From positions 1,614 through 65,613 of the forward strand of contig JAQUPI010000001.1 of the NCBI GenBank assembly GCA_028716705.1: a DNA stretch of 64,000 nt, given 5' to 3'. Below are positions 9,058 to 19,291 of this stretch, piece after piece. Below the pieces are notes generated by a model that saw only the letters and a list, made by a program, of their open reading frames with translations, was not told the DNA's origin and ran no database searches. A program made the position numbers and the translations under genes. Every line of letters starts with the position of its first letter. Position 1 is the first letter of the stretch. The stretch is from Candidatus Omnitrophota bacterium (lineage in GTDB: Bacteria; Omnitrophota; Gorgyraeia; Gygaellales; Profunditerraquicolaceae).

Positions 9058-10847
9058 TCATGGAACCCGAGTTGCAACTTCCGCTGAATTCCATTAAGGT
9101 ATTGGAAAGGCGGTATCTCGAAAGGGACGACACCCGTAAGATAATTGAGAGTCCTTCACAGCTTTTTAGAAGAGTAGCCAAGGCCGTCGCCAGGGCAGAG
9201 GATAATTTCCCGGATAAACGCGATAAGCGCGAAATAGAAGAAAAGTTTTTCGGCATGATGGCCGGTTTAGAGTTTATGCCGAACTCCCCCACCCTAATGA
9301 ACGCCGGGACCGGTATCGGCCAGCTATCCGCGTGCTTTGTTATCCCTGTAGAAGACTCTATCCCCCAAATATTTGAGGCCTTGAAAAACATGGCGGCAAT
9401 TCACCAAACCGGCGGCGGCACCGGCTTTGATTTTTCCAGGCTTCGTCCTAAAGGCGACCTCGTTTACTCGACTAAGGGCGAGGCTTCGGGCCCCGTATCT
9501 TTTATGAGCGTCTTTGACAGCGCGACCGGGGTGATAGTACAGGGCGGAAGAAGGCGCGGGGCTAACATGGGTATCCTGCGTGTAGATCACCCGGACATCG
9601 AAGAATTCATCGACGCAAAGCTCAAAGAAGGCCTTTTCTCGAATTTTAATCTTTCCGTGGCAGTGACCGATAAATTTATGGCGGATTTTTATAAGGACAG
9701 GGAGTATGCCTTGGTCAATCCCCGCACTAAGAGGCAGGTAAAGAAAGCCAAGGCCAGGAGGATATTCCTTAAGATCTCGGAGTCCGCATGGAAAAGCGGA
9801 GACCCCGGGTTGGTTTTTATTGATGAGGTGAACCGCCGCAATCCTACTCCGGAGGCGGGCCGTATCGAAGCCACCAATCCCTGCGGAGAGTTGCCACTTT
9901 TGCCTTATGAAAGCTGCAACCTGGCCTCGATCAATTTAGCTAAATTCATAACCGAACAGCGGACAATCGACTGGGATAAGCTTGCCGACAGGATCAAGCG
10001 GGGGGTGCGGTTCCTGGATGACGTTATTGAAGTGAACAAATTCGCCCTTCCGCAAATCAGGAAGATGACCTTCGCCAACCGAAAGATCGGTCTTGGTATA
10101 ATGGGATTTGCGGATTTGCTCTTGGCGCTGGGTATACCTTATAATTCTGAATCCGCGGTTAAGCTGGCAAAGGCGCTTATGCGGTTTATGCGCGGAGAAT
10201 CTGTTAAGGCTTCGATCGCGCTGGCGGAAAAACGCGGAGTCTTCCCAAATCATAAGAGGTCAGTTTACGTTAAGAAAGGTTTAAGTATGCGTAATGCCAC
10301 GGTGAATACCATCGCTCCCACAGGCACTATTAGCATTATCGCGGGTTGTTCCAGCGGGATAGAGCCTCTGTTCGCGCTCAGTTTTACCCGCAACGTGCTT
10401 TCCGGGACTAAGCTTTTCGAAGTCAACCCTTTATTTGAAAGGACAGCCAGGCAGCGCGGATTTTACAGCGATGAGTTGATGCTTGAGATCGCCAAAAGAG
10501 GGTCCCTGCAGAGGATAGGCGGCATACCGCGTGATGTAAAAAGACTATTCATCACTGCCTTTGATGTAACCGCCCTGGACCACCTGCGCATTCAGGCCGC
10601 GTTCCAGGAATATTGCGATAATTCCGTTTCGAAGACGGTAAATCTGCCGGAAGAATCCCGGCCGCAAGACGTAAAAAGCGTATATCTGGCCGCGCATAAA
10701 TTAAAATGCAAAGGGATCACCGTTTACCGGTACGGCACAAAAAAAGAGCAGGTTCTTTCATTTTCAGGCCGGGCGGAAACCGGGCCGAGAATGGTTACGG
10801 CGGCCTCGGAGTATTCCGGCGGCTGCGCGAAAGAGGTTTGCGCGTGA
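9054..10847 (+). CDS. nrdJ: Ribonucleotide reductase, class II (adenosylcobalamin-dependent) type
   Basis: Active-site ATNPCGELPLLPYESCNLASINL motif, C-terminal Cys pair (CAKEVCA), about 600 aa; class assignment by motif only. Confidence 0.7.
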   Translation: MIMEPELQLPLNSIKVLERRYLERDDTRKIIESPSQLFRRVAKAVARAEDNFPDKRDKREIEEKFFGMMAGLEFMPNSPTLMNAGTGIGQLSACFVIPVEDSIPQIFEALKNMAAIHQTGGGTGFDFSRLRPKGDLVYSTKGEASGPVSFMSVFDSATGVIVQGGRRRGANMGILRVDHPDIEEFIDAKLKEGLFSNFNLSVAVTDKFMADFYKDREYALVNPRTKRQVKKAKARRIFLKISESAWKSGDPGLVFIDEVNRRNPTPEAGRIEATNPCGELPLLPYESCNLASINLAKFITEQRTIDWDKLADRIKRGVRFLDDVIEVNKFALPQIRKMTFANRKIGLGIMGFADLLLALGIPYNSESAVKLAKALMRFMRGESVKASIALAEKRGVFPNHKRSVYVKKGLSMRNATVNTIAPTGTISIIAGCSSGIEPLFALSFTRNVLSGTKLFEVNPLFERTARQRGFYSDELMLEIAKRGSLQRIGGIPRDVKRLFITAFDVTALDHLRIQAAFQEYCDNSVSKTVNLPEESRPQDVKSVYLAAHKLKCKGITVYRYGTKKEQVLSFSGRAETGPRMVTAASEYSGGCAKEVCA

Positions 10848-10857
10848 GGAGGTTACA

Positions 10858-11376
10858 ATGCGTAAAATATTAATTAACGCGTTCTTTACCTTATTTTTAT
10901 TCCTTTTAACTTTTCCGGTAAATGGTCAGGAGGTACCCATGAGAATAATCAGCAGCGCGTTCCCGATCAACGGTATTATCCCCGAGAAATACACATGCGA
11001 AGGCCAGGATATCAATCCGCCGCTCTCTATCGAGCATATTCCCGGGAACGCCAAGAGCCTGGCTTTGATCGTGGACGATCCTGACGCGCCAATGGGAACA
11101 TGGGTGCATTGGGTTGCGTATAATATTCCCATCACTTCGCGCATAGAAGAGAACAGCGTTCCCGGGGAACAGGGCCGTAATAGTTTTGGCCGGCAAAATT
11201 ACGGCGGCCCCTGCCCTCCCTCGGGCACGCACCGCTATTTCTTCAAGATTTACGCCTTGGACTCAAGCCTGAATCTTAAGCCGGGCGCCACAAAAAATGA
11301 TTTGGAAGATGCCATGAAGGGGCATATACTAGATAGGTCGGAATTAATGGGGTTGTATAAGAAAACAGGCCGCTAA
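10858..11376 (+). CDS. YbhB/YbcL (PEBP / Raf-kinase-inhibitor-like) family protein with signal peptide
   Basis: N-terminal hydrophobic leader; DPDAP...HWV...GPCPPSGTHRYFFKIYALD PEBP signature. Confidence 0.75.
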   Translation: MRKILINAFFTLFLFLLTFPVNGQEVPMRIISSAFPINGIIPEKYTCEGQDINPPLSIEHIPGNAKSLALIVDDPDAPMGTWVHWVAYNIPITSRIEENSVPGEQGRNSFGRQNYGGPCPPSGTHRYFFKIYALDSSLNLKPGATKNDLEDAMKGHILDRSELMGLYKKTGR

Positions 11377-11377
11377 A

Positions 11378-13048
11378 ATGGTTGATTTTTCAATTATTAT
11401 CGGAGGGAAAGCCGGGTTCGGGATAGACAGGGCCAGCGTGATCATCGGCCGGTTATTCAACCAACTCGGTTACAGGATATACATCTACCGCGACTATCCA
11501 TCGCTCATACGCGGGGGCCATACCTTTTCCGTCATCCGCGTCTCCAGCGATAGGATAGCGGCACATCGCAGCAAGATCGACTTTTTGCTCGCGTTGAATC
11601 AGGATACCCTGGACCTGCACAGGGATAAATTGAAAGACGGGTGTTTTTTCCTCTATGACCCTGAACTGGTTAAAGTCCCCGGACAGGCATGCGGCGTCGG
11701 TGTCGCCATAGGAAAAATACTTAAAGAAGAGAACGCTCCTGAAATAATGCGCAATACCTGTATTATCGGCGCCTTATGTAAGGCCGTGGGGATAGACGCG
11801 AAAACCATGGAGGATGTGCTGAGAAAAGAAATTCCCAGGGAATTGGAGCTGAATTTAAAAGTCGCCTCAAGAGGGTTCGGTGAATCCAGGGAATTAACCC
11901 GCGTCGAGCCTTTGGTCCGGGAAAGATTGCCGGTGGTTTCCGGCAACGAAGCGATAGGCCTGGGCCTGGTCAAAGGGGGATTGAATTTCTATGTCGCCTA
12001 TCCGATGACGCCTTCTTCGCCTATACTGCATTTTTTGGCTGAAAAAGCTACCGAATTCGGGATAAAGGTCATCCACCCCGAAAGCGAGATCGCGGTGATC
12101 TTGATGGCGTTGGGTTTCGCTTACATGGGCAAGAAAACCGCGGTAGGCACTTCCGGAGGCGGATTCTGCCTGATGACGGAAGGCCTGAGCTTCGCCGGCA
12201 TGGCGGAATTGCCCGTGGTCATCGTAATGGGCCAGAGGCCGGGGCCTTCGACGGGGCTGCCCACATATTCCAGCCAGACGGAGCTGCATTTTGTTTTGAA
12301 CGCAGGGCAGGGCGAATTTCCCCGTTTTGTAGCGGCTCCCGGAGACGCCGAAGAAGCCTATTATTGGTCGGCCGCGGCGATGAATATCGCCTGGAAATAC
12401 CAGATACCCTCTTTTATCCTATCCGATAAAAACCTGGCGGAAGGTATATTCAATTTCGACATTAATTCCGTAGAGCCCATAAAGGAGGAAAACCCTCTTT
12501 TATGGGATAAGACGTCCCCTTACAAAAGGTATTTAAATACGGAAAGCGGGGTATCGCCGCTGGCTTTTCCTCCTGAGCAGGGCGCGCCGATCAAGGTAAA
12601 CAGCTATGAGCATGACGAATCGGGAATAACGACGGAAGAACCCGCCATGGCAAAGACGATGACAGAAAAGCGCCTGCGGAAAGAGAAATATTTATCCGGG
12701 GAGCTTGAAGGTTATAAGACAATAAACGTCTACGGAAATAAGGATTCCTCTACGGCGATCCTATGCTGGGGTTCGAATAAGGGCGTATGCGTCGAAGCGG
12801 CGAAGAATACGGACCTGAAAGTTATACAGCCGGTAGTCTTATGGCCTTTTCCCGCTGACCGGTTCAGGGACGAGCTAAAAGGCGTGAAAACATTGATCAG
12901 CGTTGAAGACAACGCCACGGGCCAGTTGGCAAGGTTAGTAAAGGCGTTCGGGTTCGATGTGGATGAACAGATATTGAAATACGATGGCAGGCCGTTCTCT
13001 GTGGATGGGCTGGAAGAGGAGCTTAAAAAATGGACCAGAAAAACTTAG
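11378..13048 (+). CDS. 2-oxoacid:ferredoxin oxidoreductase, fused gamma-alpha subunit
   Basis: N-terminal gamma-like domain (IIGGKAGFGI) followed by an alpha-subunit-like region. Confidence 0.8.
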   Translation: MVDFSIIIGGKAGFGIDRASVIIGRLFNQLGYRIYIYRDYPSLIRGGHTFSVIRVSSDRIAAHRSKIDFLLALNQDTLDLHRDKLKDGCFFLYDPELVKVPGQACGVGVAIGKILKEENAPEIMRNTCIIGALCKAVGIDAKTMEDVLRKEIPRELELNLKVASRGFGESRELTRVEPLVRERLPVVSGNEAIGLGLVKGGLNFYVAYPMTPSSPILHFLAEKATEFGIKVIHPESEIAVILMALGFAYMGKKTAVGTSGGGFCLMTEGLSFAGMAELPVVIVMGQRPGPSTGLPTYSSQTELHFVLNAGQGEFPRFVAAPGDAEEAYYWSAAAMNIAWKYQIPSFILSDKNLAEGIFNFDINSVEPIKEENPLLWDKTSPYKRYLNTESGVSPLAFPPEQGAPIKVNSYEHDESGITTEEPAMAKTMTEKRLRKEKYLSGELEGYKTINVYGNKDSSTAILCWGSNKGVCVEAAKNTDLKVIQPVVLWPFPADRFRDELKGVKTLISVEDNATGQLARLVKAFGFDVDEQILKYDGRPFSVDGLEEELKKWTRKT

Positions 13049-13872
13049 GTACCTACGCCCTAAACACCTGGTGCCCCGGCTGCGGCAATTTCGCCATCTT
13101 AAACGCCGTCAAAACGGTCATCGCGGAATTAACCCAGGAGGGCCTTCCTCTTGAGAAGGCCGTGCTGGTTTCGGGTATAGGCTGCCACGGGAAGATCGTC
13201 GATTATATAAATACAAACAGCTTCTATTCCATTCACGGAAGGGATATCCCTCCGGCAGAAGCCATAAAGATATCTTCGCCCGATGTAAAAGTCATTGTCT
13301 TCGCGGGAGACGGCGACGCTTACGGGGAGGGTATTGAACACCTGATATTCGCGGCAAAGAGAAATATCGACATTACGATGATCATACACAATAACCGGGT
13401 TTACGGCCTGACGACCGGCCAATATACTCCCACTTCGCCTTTTGGGTTTAAAGGCCGTTCCACGCCGCGGGGTACAAAGGAAGCGCCGATCAACCCGTTG
13501 GAATTGATGCTGGCCAGCGGCGCTACTTACCTTGCCCGGGGGACTTCGCATGGGATAGAATTGCTTAAAAAGATCTTTAGGGAAGCGATCGCGCATAAAG
13601 GGTTTTCACTGGTGGATGTGCTGCAGGTATGCGTGACATATTATAATATGTACGATTATTATGATAAGCGCGTTTACGAGTTAAAAGACCATAATCCCGC
13701 GGATATAAACCAGGCGCTGGCTAAGATCCGGGAATGGGATTACAATAAGGACGCTCCTATCTGCCTGGGGGAATTATTTAAAAAAGAAAACGTTGCCGGC
13801 CAGGAAGACAGTGCGCAGGGCCCGGTAGACAGGGAAAATAAAATAAAGGAATTCTTAAGCAGTTCTATTTAA
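13030..13872 (+). CDS. 2-oxoacid:ferredoxin oxidoreductase beta subunit (TPP-binding)
   Basis: GDGD TPP motif (VIVFAGDGDAYGEG); N-terminal Cys (CPGCGNF); overlaps the alpha gene. Confidence 0.85.
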   Translation: MDQKNLGTYALNTWCPGCGNFAILNAVKTVIAELTQEGLPLEKAVLVSGIGCHGKIVDYINTNSFYSIHGRDIPPAEAIKISSPDVKVIVFAGDGDAYGEGIEHLIFAAKRNIDITMIIHNNRVYGLTTGQYTPTSPFGFKGRSTPRGTKEAPINPLELMLASGATYLARGTSHGIELLKKIFREAIAHKGFSLVDVLQVCVTYYNMYDYYDKRVYELKDHNPADINQALAKIREWDYNKDAPICLGELFKKENVAGQEDSAQGPVDRENKIKEFLSSSI

Positions 13873-13888
13873 AGGTTCTTCCTATAGA

Positions 13889-14701
13889 ATGACCAGCCCA
13901 TTTGATATAGGAGAGATATTTAACGCTTATAATAATAAGGTATACCGGCTCGCGTTAAGTATAACCAGGAACGAAAAAGACGCCGAAGACGTCATGCAAA
14001 ATACATTTTTCAAAATATTAAAAAATTTAAAGTATTTCCGGAGAAAGTCGCAGCTTTCAACCTGGATCTACAAGATCGCGTATAACGAAGCATTAATGAA
14101 TTTACGCAAAAGAAAAAGCCAATTTAAACTCTCGGGAAGCCTTAAGCTCTCAAGCGAAAAAGGCACTTCCGGCCTTTTTGTGAACTGGGCGAAACTGCCC
14201 GATGAATATTTGCTGGATGAAGAACTGAAAGAAAGGATACAAAATGCCATAAAGCGCATGCCTATCCGGTACAGGATGGCCCTGCTTTTGTGCAACGTCG
14301 AAGGGATCGCCCTCAAGGAAAGCGCCGTCATATTGGGGCTTAAGATAAATTCGCTGAAAACAAGGCTCCACCGGGCGCGCCTTTTATTAAAATCCAGCAT
14401 AGCGGGCTATTTGAGGGACCGGGAAGAGGAAAAAGGGCCGGCGATGCCCAGAAGGTGCGGTATATGGACAGGCTTTGTTTATAATTACGCGCGCGGGAAT
14501 TTAAATCCGAAACGCAGCGATGCCTTCGGAAGACATATAAAGTCCTGCGTAAGCTGCAACTCTTTTTTAAATAGCTACCGCAAGGCGATAGATATAACCG
14601 GAGCCGTGCAGTGCCACGATCTTCCGGATGAATTAAAAGAAAGAGTTGAAAGTTTCATCTTGAAGGCAGCGCTTGAGAAGAAAAAATCCCCTTACAATTA
14701 A
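13889..14701 (+). CDS. ECF (sigma-70 region 2/4) sigma factor with a C-terminal extension carrying a ZAS-like HxxxCxxC zinc motif
   Basis: Region 2 (FFKILKNLKYFRRKSQLSTWIYKIAYNEAL), region 4 HTH (ALKESAVILGLKINSLKTRLHRAR); C-terminal RHIKSCVSCNSF. Confidence 0.7.
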   Translation: MTSPFDIGEIFNAYNNKVYRLALSITRNEKDAEDVMQNTFFKILKNLKYFRRKSQLSTWIYKIAYNEALMNLRKRKSQFKLSGSLKLSSEKGTSGLFVNWAKLPDEYLLDEELKERIQNAIKRMPIRYRMALLLCNVEGIALKESAVILGLKINSLKTRLHRARLLLKSSIAGYLRDREEEKGPAMPRRCGIWTGFVYNYARGNLNPKRSDAFGRHIKSCVSCNSFLNSYRKAIDITGAVQCHDLPDELKERVESFILKAALEKKKSPYN

Positions 14702-14708
14702 GGAAATT

Positions 14709-15350
14709 ATGTTAACGGACAATTTACGGTGGCTGGGTCACGCCGCTTTCAGGTTTGACGGATCGAAGAGGATTTACTTTGATCCCTATCGATTGCCTAA
14801 AAAACCACCCAAGGCGGATATCATACTGGTGACTCATGAGCACTCCGACCATCTTTCTTTGGGCGACATAAAGAAAATCAGTTCCAAGGCCTGCGTTATA
14901 GTCACCGATGGCGCCTCAAGCAGGCAATTGCTGGCGGAGAAAACAACATGCAAAGAGATAAAAACAGTTTGCCCGGGGCAGAATCTTGACCTGGATGGGG
15001 TAAAAATCCACGCCGTTGCAAGCTACAATACTAATAAGCATTTTCATACCTGCAGTTCGGCAAAACTCGGATTCATTATTTCCATAGACGGAATAAAAAT
15101 TTATCACGCCGGAGATACTGACTTTATCCCGGAAATGGAGGATTGCAAGTGCGATATCGCGCTTTTACCTGTAAGCGGGACATACGTGATGACGGCTGAA
15201 GAAGCGGCTGAGGCTGCTTTGACCATCAGGCCGAAGCTAGCCGTCCCCATGCATTACGGCAGCATCGTCGGTTCTCCGGACGACGCGGAAAAGTTCCGGA
15301 GCCTGTTAAGGGGGAAGATCGAGGTTTATATCCCAAAAAAGGAGGTTTGA
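14709..15350 (+). CDS. Metallo-beta-lactamase-fold hydrolase
   Basis: THEHSDH metal-binding motif; ORF 14673..15350 trimmed to ATG 14709 (AAGGA RBS). Confidence 0.7.
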   Translation: MLTDNLRWLGHAAFRFDGSKRIYFDPYRLPKKPPKADIILVTHEHSDHLSLGDIKKISSKACVIVTDGASSRQLLAEKTTCKEIKTVCPGQNLDLDGVKIHAVASYNTNKHFHTCSSAKLGFIISIDGIKIYHAGDTDFIPEMEDCKCDIALLPVSGTYVMTAEEAAEAALTIRPKLAVPMHYGSIVGSPDDAEKFRSLLRGKIEVYIPKKEV

Positions 15351-15352
15351 GC

Positions 15353-15511
15353 ATGGATAAATACAGATGCAAAGTTTGCGGATACATTTACGACCCCGCG
15401 GCGGGGGATCCCACGCAGGGGATCGCTGCCGGAACTTCCTTTGAAAGTTTGCCTGACAGCTGGACATGCCCCGAATGCGGAGTTGATAAAAGCCAGTTCG
15501 AAAAAGTGTAG
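15353..15511 (+). CDS. Rubredoxin (52 aa)
   Basis: RBS GGAGG; two CxxC pairs (CKVCGY...CPECG) with rubredoxin spacing; not in the ORF track (<60 aa). Confidence 0.85.
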   Translation: MDKYRCKVCGYIYDPAAGDPTQGIAAGTSFESLPDSWTCPECGVDKSQFEKV

Positions 15512-15529
15512 CCGGAGCCGGAGATCCAT

Positions 15530-16378
15530 ATGGCGATAAAAGTGGCTTTTAAGGGTACGTCCATGACCCTTGTCGGCAGGAGAATAAAAGAAGGCATGCC
15601 TGGTCCGGATTTTAAGGTCGTGGACGGTGATTCAAAAGAAGTAACCCTTTCAGATTTTAAGGGAAAAACCAAGCTTATAACTACTTACCTTTCGCTGGAT
15701 ACCCCGGTCTGTGACGGGCAGCTGAAGGAATTTAACAAGCAGATCCGGGGGGCTTTTGAAGACGTGCTGGCCATAGGGATCAGCAAAGACCTTCCCTTTG
15801 CCTCAAAAAGGTTCTGCGCGATGAACGAAATAGAGGACATCAAGGCGTTTTCTGATTACAAGACATCTTCCTTCGGGATAAATTACGGCCTTCTGATAAA
15901 AGAGGCGAACCTTCTGGGAAGGAGCGTCATTATTCTGGATAAAAATGACGTGATCCGGTACATTCAGGTCGTCAATGAAATGACCCGCGCCCCTGATTAT
16001 GATGACGCCTTAAAGCGCTTATCCGAAGTGGAAAAAATCCAGAAAGATGAAAAGGTCCAAGAAGCGCCGCGTTGCAAAGCCTGCGCTGGTTTTACTGAAC
16101 CTCTTTCCGGAAAAGAACTGGAAGATTTTCGCTCAAAAGTAACCGGTTGGGAACTGCTTGAAGGCAAAAAACTGGTCAAGGAATTTAAATTCGCGGATTT
16201 TGCGGAGGCCAAGTATTTCCTGGACCTGCTTTGCGTTATCGCGCAAGAGCAGGGGCATCATCCGAATTTCAACCTGATCTATAATAAGCTCAGGGTCAGC
16301 CTGACTACGCACGCGGCCGGCGGCCTGACTGAAAACGATTTTATCATGGCAAAGATCATAGACGAGGTAAATTTATGA
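15530..16378 (+). CDS. Thiol peroxidase (Tpx-type peroxiredoxin) fused to a C-terminal pterin-4a-carbinolamine dehydratase (PCD/DCoH)-like domain
   Basis: N-terminal SLDTPVCDGQ Tpx peroxidatic-Cys motif; C-terminal EQGHHPNFNLIYNKLRVSLTTH matches the PCD signature E-x3-HHP-x6-Y-x3-V-x3-TH. Confidence 0.7.
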   Translation: MAIKVAFKGTSMTLVGRRIKEGMPGPDFKVVDGDSKEVTLSDFKGKTKLITTYLSLDTPVCDGQLKEFNKQIRGAFEDVLAIGISKDLPFASKRFCAMNEIEDIKAFSDYKTSSFGINYGLLIKEANLLGRSVIILDKNDVIRYIQVVNEMTRAPDYDDALKRLSEVEKIQKDEKVQEAPRCKACAGFTEPLSGKELEDFRSKVTGWELLEGKKLVKEFKFADFAEAKYFLDLLCVIAQEQGHHPNFNLIYNKLRVSLTTHAAGGLTENDFIMAKIIDEVNL

Positions 16379-16878
16379 AAAAAATAGCGGTGTTGGTCGA
16401 AGATCATTACCAGGTGCTGGAAGTATGGTATCCGTATTTAAGGTTAAAGGAGGAAGGGTTCCAGACAGTGCTTGTAGGTACGGGTAGGAAGGAATATAAG
16501 AGCAAAGAGGGTTACCCTGCCGAAGAAGAAATCCCGATAAAGAAGGCCGATCCAAAAGAATTTGACGCGGTCATCATCCCCGGAGGTTACGCGCCGGATA
16601 TTTTAAGGAGGCATAAAGAGGTCAATGAATTCGTGAAGAAGATCTTTGAAGGCTCCAGGCTCGTGGCGGCGATTTGCCACGGGGGATGGGTGCTGGTTTC
16701 CGCGGGGATCCTGAAAGGAAAAAGGGTAACCGGCTTTTCGGCGATAATGGACGACCTGAAAAACGCGGGGGCCCAGTATTTTGATGAAGAAGTCGTGGTT
16801 GACGGGAACCTGGTTACCTCGCGCAACCCCTATGACCTGCCCGCATTTTGCAGGGAGATAATCAAAAAATTAAAATAA
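16375..16878 (+). CDS. DJ-1/PfpI family protein (intracellular protease/glyoxalase-like)
   Basis: AAICHGG nucleophile-elbow Cys; about 167 aa. Confidence 0.8.
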   Translation: MKKIAVLVEDHYQVLEVWYPYLRLKEEGFQTVLVGTGRKEYKSKEGYPAEEEIPIKKADPKEFDAVIIPGGYAPDILRRHKEVNEFVKKIFEGSRLVAAICHGGWVLVSAGILKGKRVTGFSAIMDDLKNAGAQYFDEEVVVDGNLVTSRNPYDLPAFCREIIKKLK

Positions 16879-17585
16879 TGCCGAAAGAACTGGAAGCGAA
16901 GATCATCGAGATCATCCCCCGGACATCCAACGTAAAGAGCTTCCGCCTGGATACCGGGGAAGAAATAGACTACAAGGCCGGGCAGTTTCTTTGCGCGTCG
17001 CTGAGGGATGAAAGGGATTGCAAGAGGTATTTATCCATATCCAGTTCACCCACAGAAAAAGGCTACATTGAATTCACCAAGAAGATCACGCAGAGCGATT
17101 TTTCCAGCGCGCTGAACAATTTTAAGACAGGTGATTCCCTTATAGTTAAATATCCCATGGGTAATTTTATCTTAAGGGACGAGGAGGCATCAAATATCGC
17201 CTTCCTTTCCGGAGGGATAGGGATAACCCCGATAAGGAGCATTTGCAAATACGTTGTGGATAAGCGGTTAGATAAGCGAATAGTGCTGCTTTATGGCAAC
17301 CGTTCGATCAATGACATCGTTTTTAAGGACGATTTCGAAATAATGCAGAAAGAGTACCCGGGTCTAAAAGTTACCCATGTCCTCTGCGAACCTGCCGTCG
17401 GATTCGAATGCATCCCCGGGCTTATAAATGCCGGAGTGATCAAGGAACAAATCCCCGATTACTCTCAAAGAAAATTTTATCTCTGCGGACCGCCCGGAAT
17501 GATCGACGCCATGCAGAAGACCCTTATTGATGAGCTGTTTCTGGCCAGGGAAAATATCATTACGGAAAAATTCATAGGTTATTAA
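16878..17585 (+). CDS. Ferredoxin-NADP(+) reductase-like FAD/NAD(P)-binding oxidoreductase
   Basis: RxYS (RYLSISS) FAD motif and GGIGITP NAD motif; TAATG overlap with the preceding gene. Confidence 0.65.
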   Translation: MPKELEAKIIEIIPRTSNVKSFRLDTGEEIDYKAGQFLCASLRDERDCKRYLSISSSPTEKGYIEFTKKITQSDFSSALNNFKTGDSLIVKYPMGNFILRDEEASNIAFLSGGIGITPIRSICKYVVDKRLDKRIVLLYGNRSINDIVFKDDFEIMQKEYPGLKVTHVLCEPAVGFECIPGLINAGVIKEQIPDYSQRKFYLCGPPGMIDAMQKTLIDELFLARENIITEKFIGY

Positions 17586-17603
17586 AGTGCTAAGGAGGAA
17601 GCG

Positions 17604-18803
17604 ATGCCCGTATTGAAGATATTACCGGACATTTATTCGGTCGGGGTTATAGATTGGAATGTGCGCAGCTTTCACGGCCACACTTACAGTACGAACCGGG
17701 GGACGACTTATAATGCCTACCTTATATTGGATGACAAGACAGCTTTGGTGGATACCGTATTCGGCCCTTTCTCTGAGGAATTGATAGCGAATATAAGGCA
17801 GGTTATTCCTGTCGAGAAGATAGATTATATCATCGCCAATCACGTGGAAACCGACCACAGCGGCGGCCTTCCCGCGCTGATGAAACTTTGCCCGAGAGCC
17901 AAGGTTTTAGGCACTGCAAAATGCAAGGAGGGCTTATACAGGAATTATTACGGCAACTGGGATTTTCAGGTAGTGAAAACCGGGGATAAACTCAGCCTGG
18001 GCAAGAAGGCCTTAAATTTTATCGAAGCGCCGATGATCCATTGGCCGGACAGCATGTTTACTTATTGCCCCCAGGAAGAGCTGCTCATGCCCAATGATGC
18101 CTTTGGCCAGCATTATGCGACATCCATCCGTTTTGACGACGAGGCAGATCCCTGCGAGCTCATGGACGAGGCAGCCAAGTATTACGCGAATATACTCCTG
18201 CCCCTGGGCGCCGTTATATTAAAGAAGATCGAAGAGATACAAAAAATGAACATTCCCATAAAAATGATCGCGCCCAGCCATGGGATCATCTGGCGCAAAG
18301 ACCCCATGAAGATCATAAACGCCTATCTCTCCTGGGCCAAAAATGAAACCAAACCGAAGGCCGTGGTCATGTATGAGACAATGTGGGGCGCGACTGAAAA
18401 GATGGCCGGAAAGATCGCGCAAGGCATAATGGACAGCGGGATCAACGTGAAGATTTTCAATATCGCGGTAACCGACCGCACGCAGATGGTCAAAGAGATG
18501 CTCGACGCTAAGGGCCTTATTTTCGGCTCATCTACACATGACAACGGCATGCTGCCGAATATCGCCGGCTTCCTGCAGTTCGTGAAGGGGCTTACCCCAA
18601 AGAACAGGATCGGTTGCGCGTTTGGTTCGCACGGATGGGCGGGAGGAGCGGTAAAAGAGATAGAAGGGGTATTGCGGGAGGCCGGGATAAACTTAACCCG
18701 GGAAGGCCTGCTTGTAAAGTACGCTCCCGATGAGGATGAATTAAAGCGCTGCTATGAATACGGAAGGGATTTCGCTCAGAAAATCTCATCCTCTGTGATA
18801 TAA
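17604..18803 (+). CDS. Flavodiiron protein (rubredoxin:oxygen/NO oxidoreductase, FprA type)
   Basis: HVETDH diiron motif in an MBL-like N-domain plus a flavodoxin-like C-domain; RBS AAGGAGG. Confidence 0.85.
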   Translation: MPVLKILPDIYSVGVIDWNVRSFHGHTYSTNRGTTYNAYLILDDKTALVDTVFGPFSEELIANIRQVIPVEKIDYIIANHVETDHSGGLPALMKLCPRAKVLGTAKCKEGLYRNYYGNWDFQVVKTGDKLSLGKKALNFIEAPMIHWPDSMFTYCPQEELLMPNDAFGQHYATSIRFDDEADPCELMDEAAKYYANILLPLGAVILKKIEEIQKMNIPIKMIAPSHGIIWRKDPMKIINAYLSWAKNETKPKAVVMYETMWGATEKMAGKIAQGIMDSGINVKIFNIAVTDRTQMVKEMLDAKGLIFGSSTHDNGMLPNIAGFLQFVKGLTPKNRIGCAFGSHGWAGGAVKEIEGVLREAGINLTREGLLVKYAPDEDELKRCYEYGRDFAQKISSSVI

Positions 18804-18815
18804 TATGCGCTAAGG

Positions 18816-19277
18816 ATGAAAAGACTGAGCGAAGAGATTATCCGTTTTTTTTACAGCCAGGGATTCGTTATCGTATCGACCATTGACAAAGAAGGATTAG
18901 CGCATAATTCCTGCAAGGGGCTGATCGAGATAAACCATAACGGCATGGTTTATCTCTTGGACCTTTACAGGGCGCGCACCCTTGAGAACCTGAAAAATAA
19001 CCCTTCCATTGGCGTTACCGCCGTCGATGAGCATAAGTTCGTCGGATACAGTCTGGTAGGTAAAGCGAAGGTCCTGCATGAGGAGCAACTTAAACCCCAT
19101 ATCATCAAGGCATGGGAAAGCAGGATCTCCAGCAGGCTCACCCAGAGGCTCCTGAGGAACATTCGGGAGGAAAAGGGGCACCCCAGGCACCCGGAGATTC
19201 TGCTGCCGAGGCCGGAATATATGATCGCCATGGAAGTGGAAAGGGTAATCGACCTTACGCCGCATCATTTAAAATGA
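18816..19277 (+). CDS. Pyridoxamine 5'-phosphate oxidase-like FMN-binding split-barrel protein
   Basis: Overall fold-family resemblance only. Confidence 0.5.
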   Translation: MKRLSEEIIRFFYSQGFVIVSTIDKEGLAHNSCKGLIEINHNGMVYLLDLYRARTLENLKNNPSIGVTAVDEHKFVGYSLVGKAKVLHEEQLKPHIIKAWESRISSRLTQRLLRNIREEKGHPRHPEILLPRPEYMIAMEVERVIDLTPHHLK

Positions 19278-19291
19278 AGAGGGGGAAAGAA

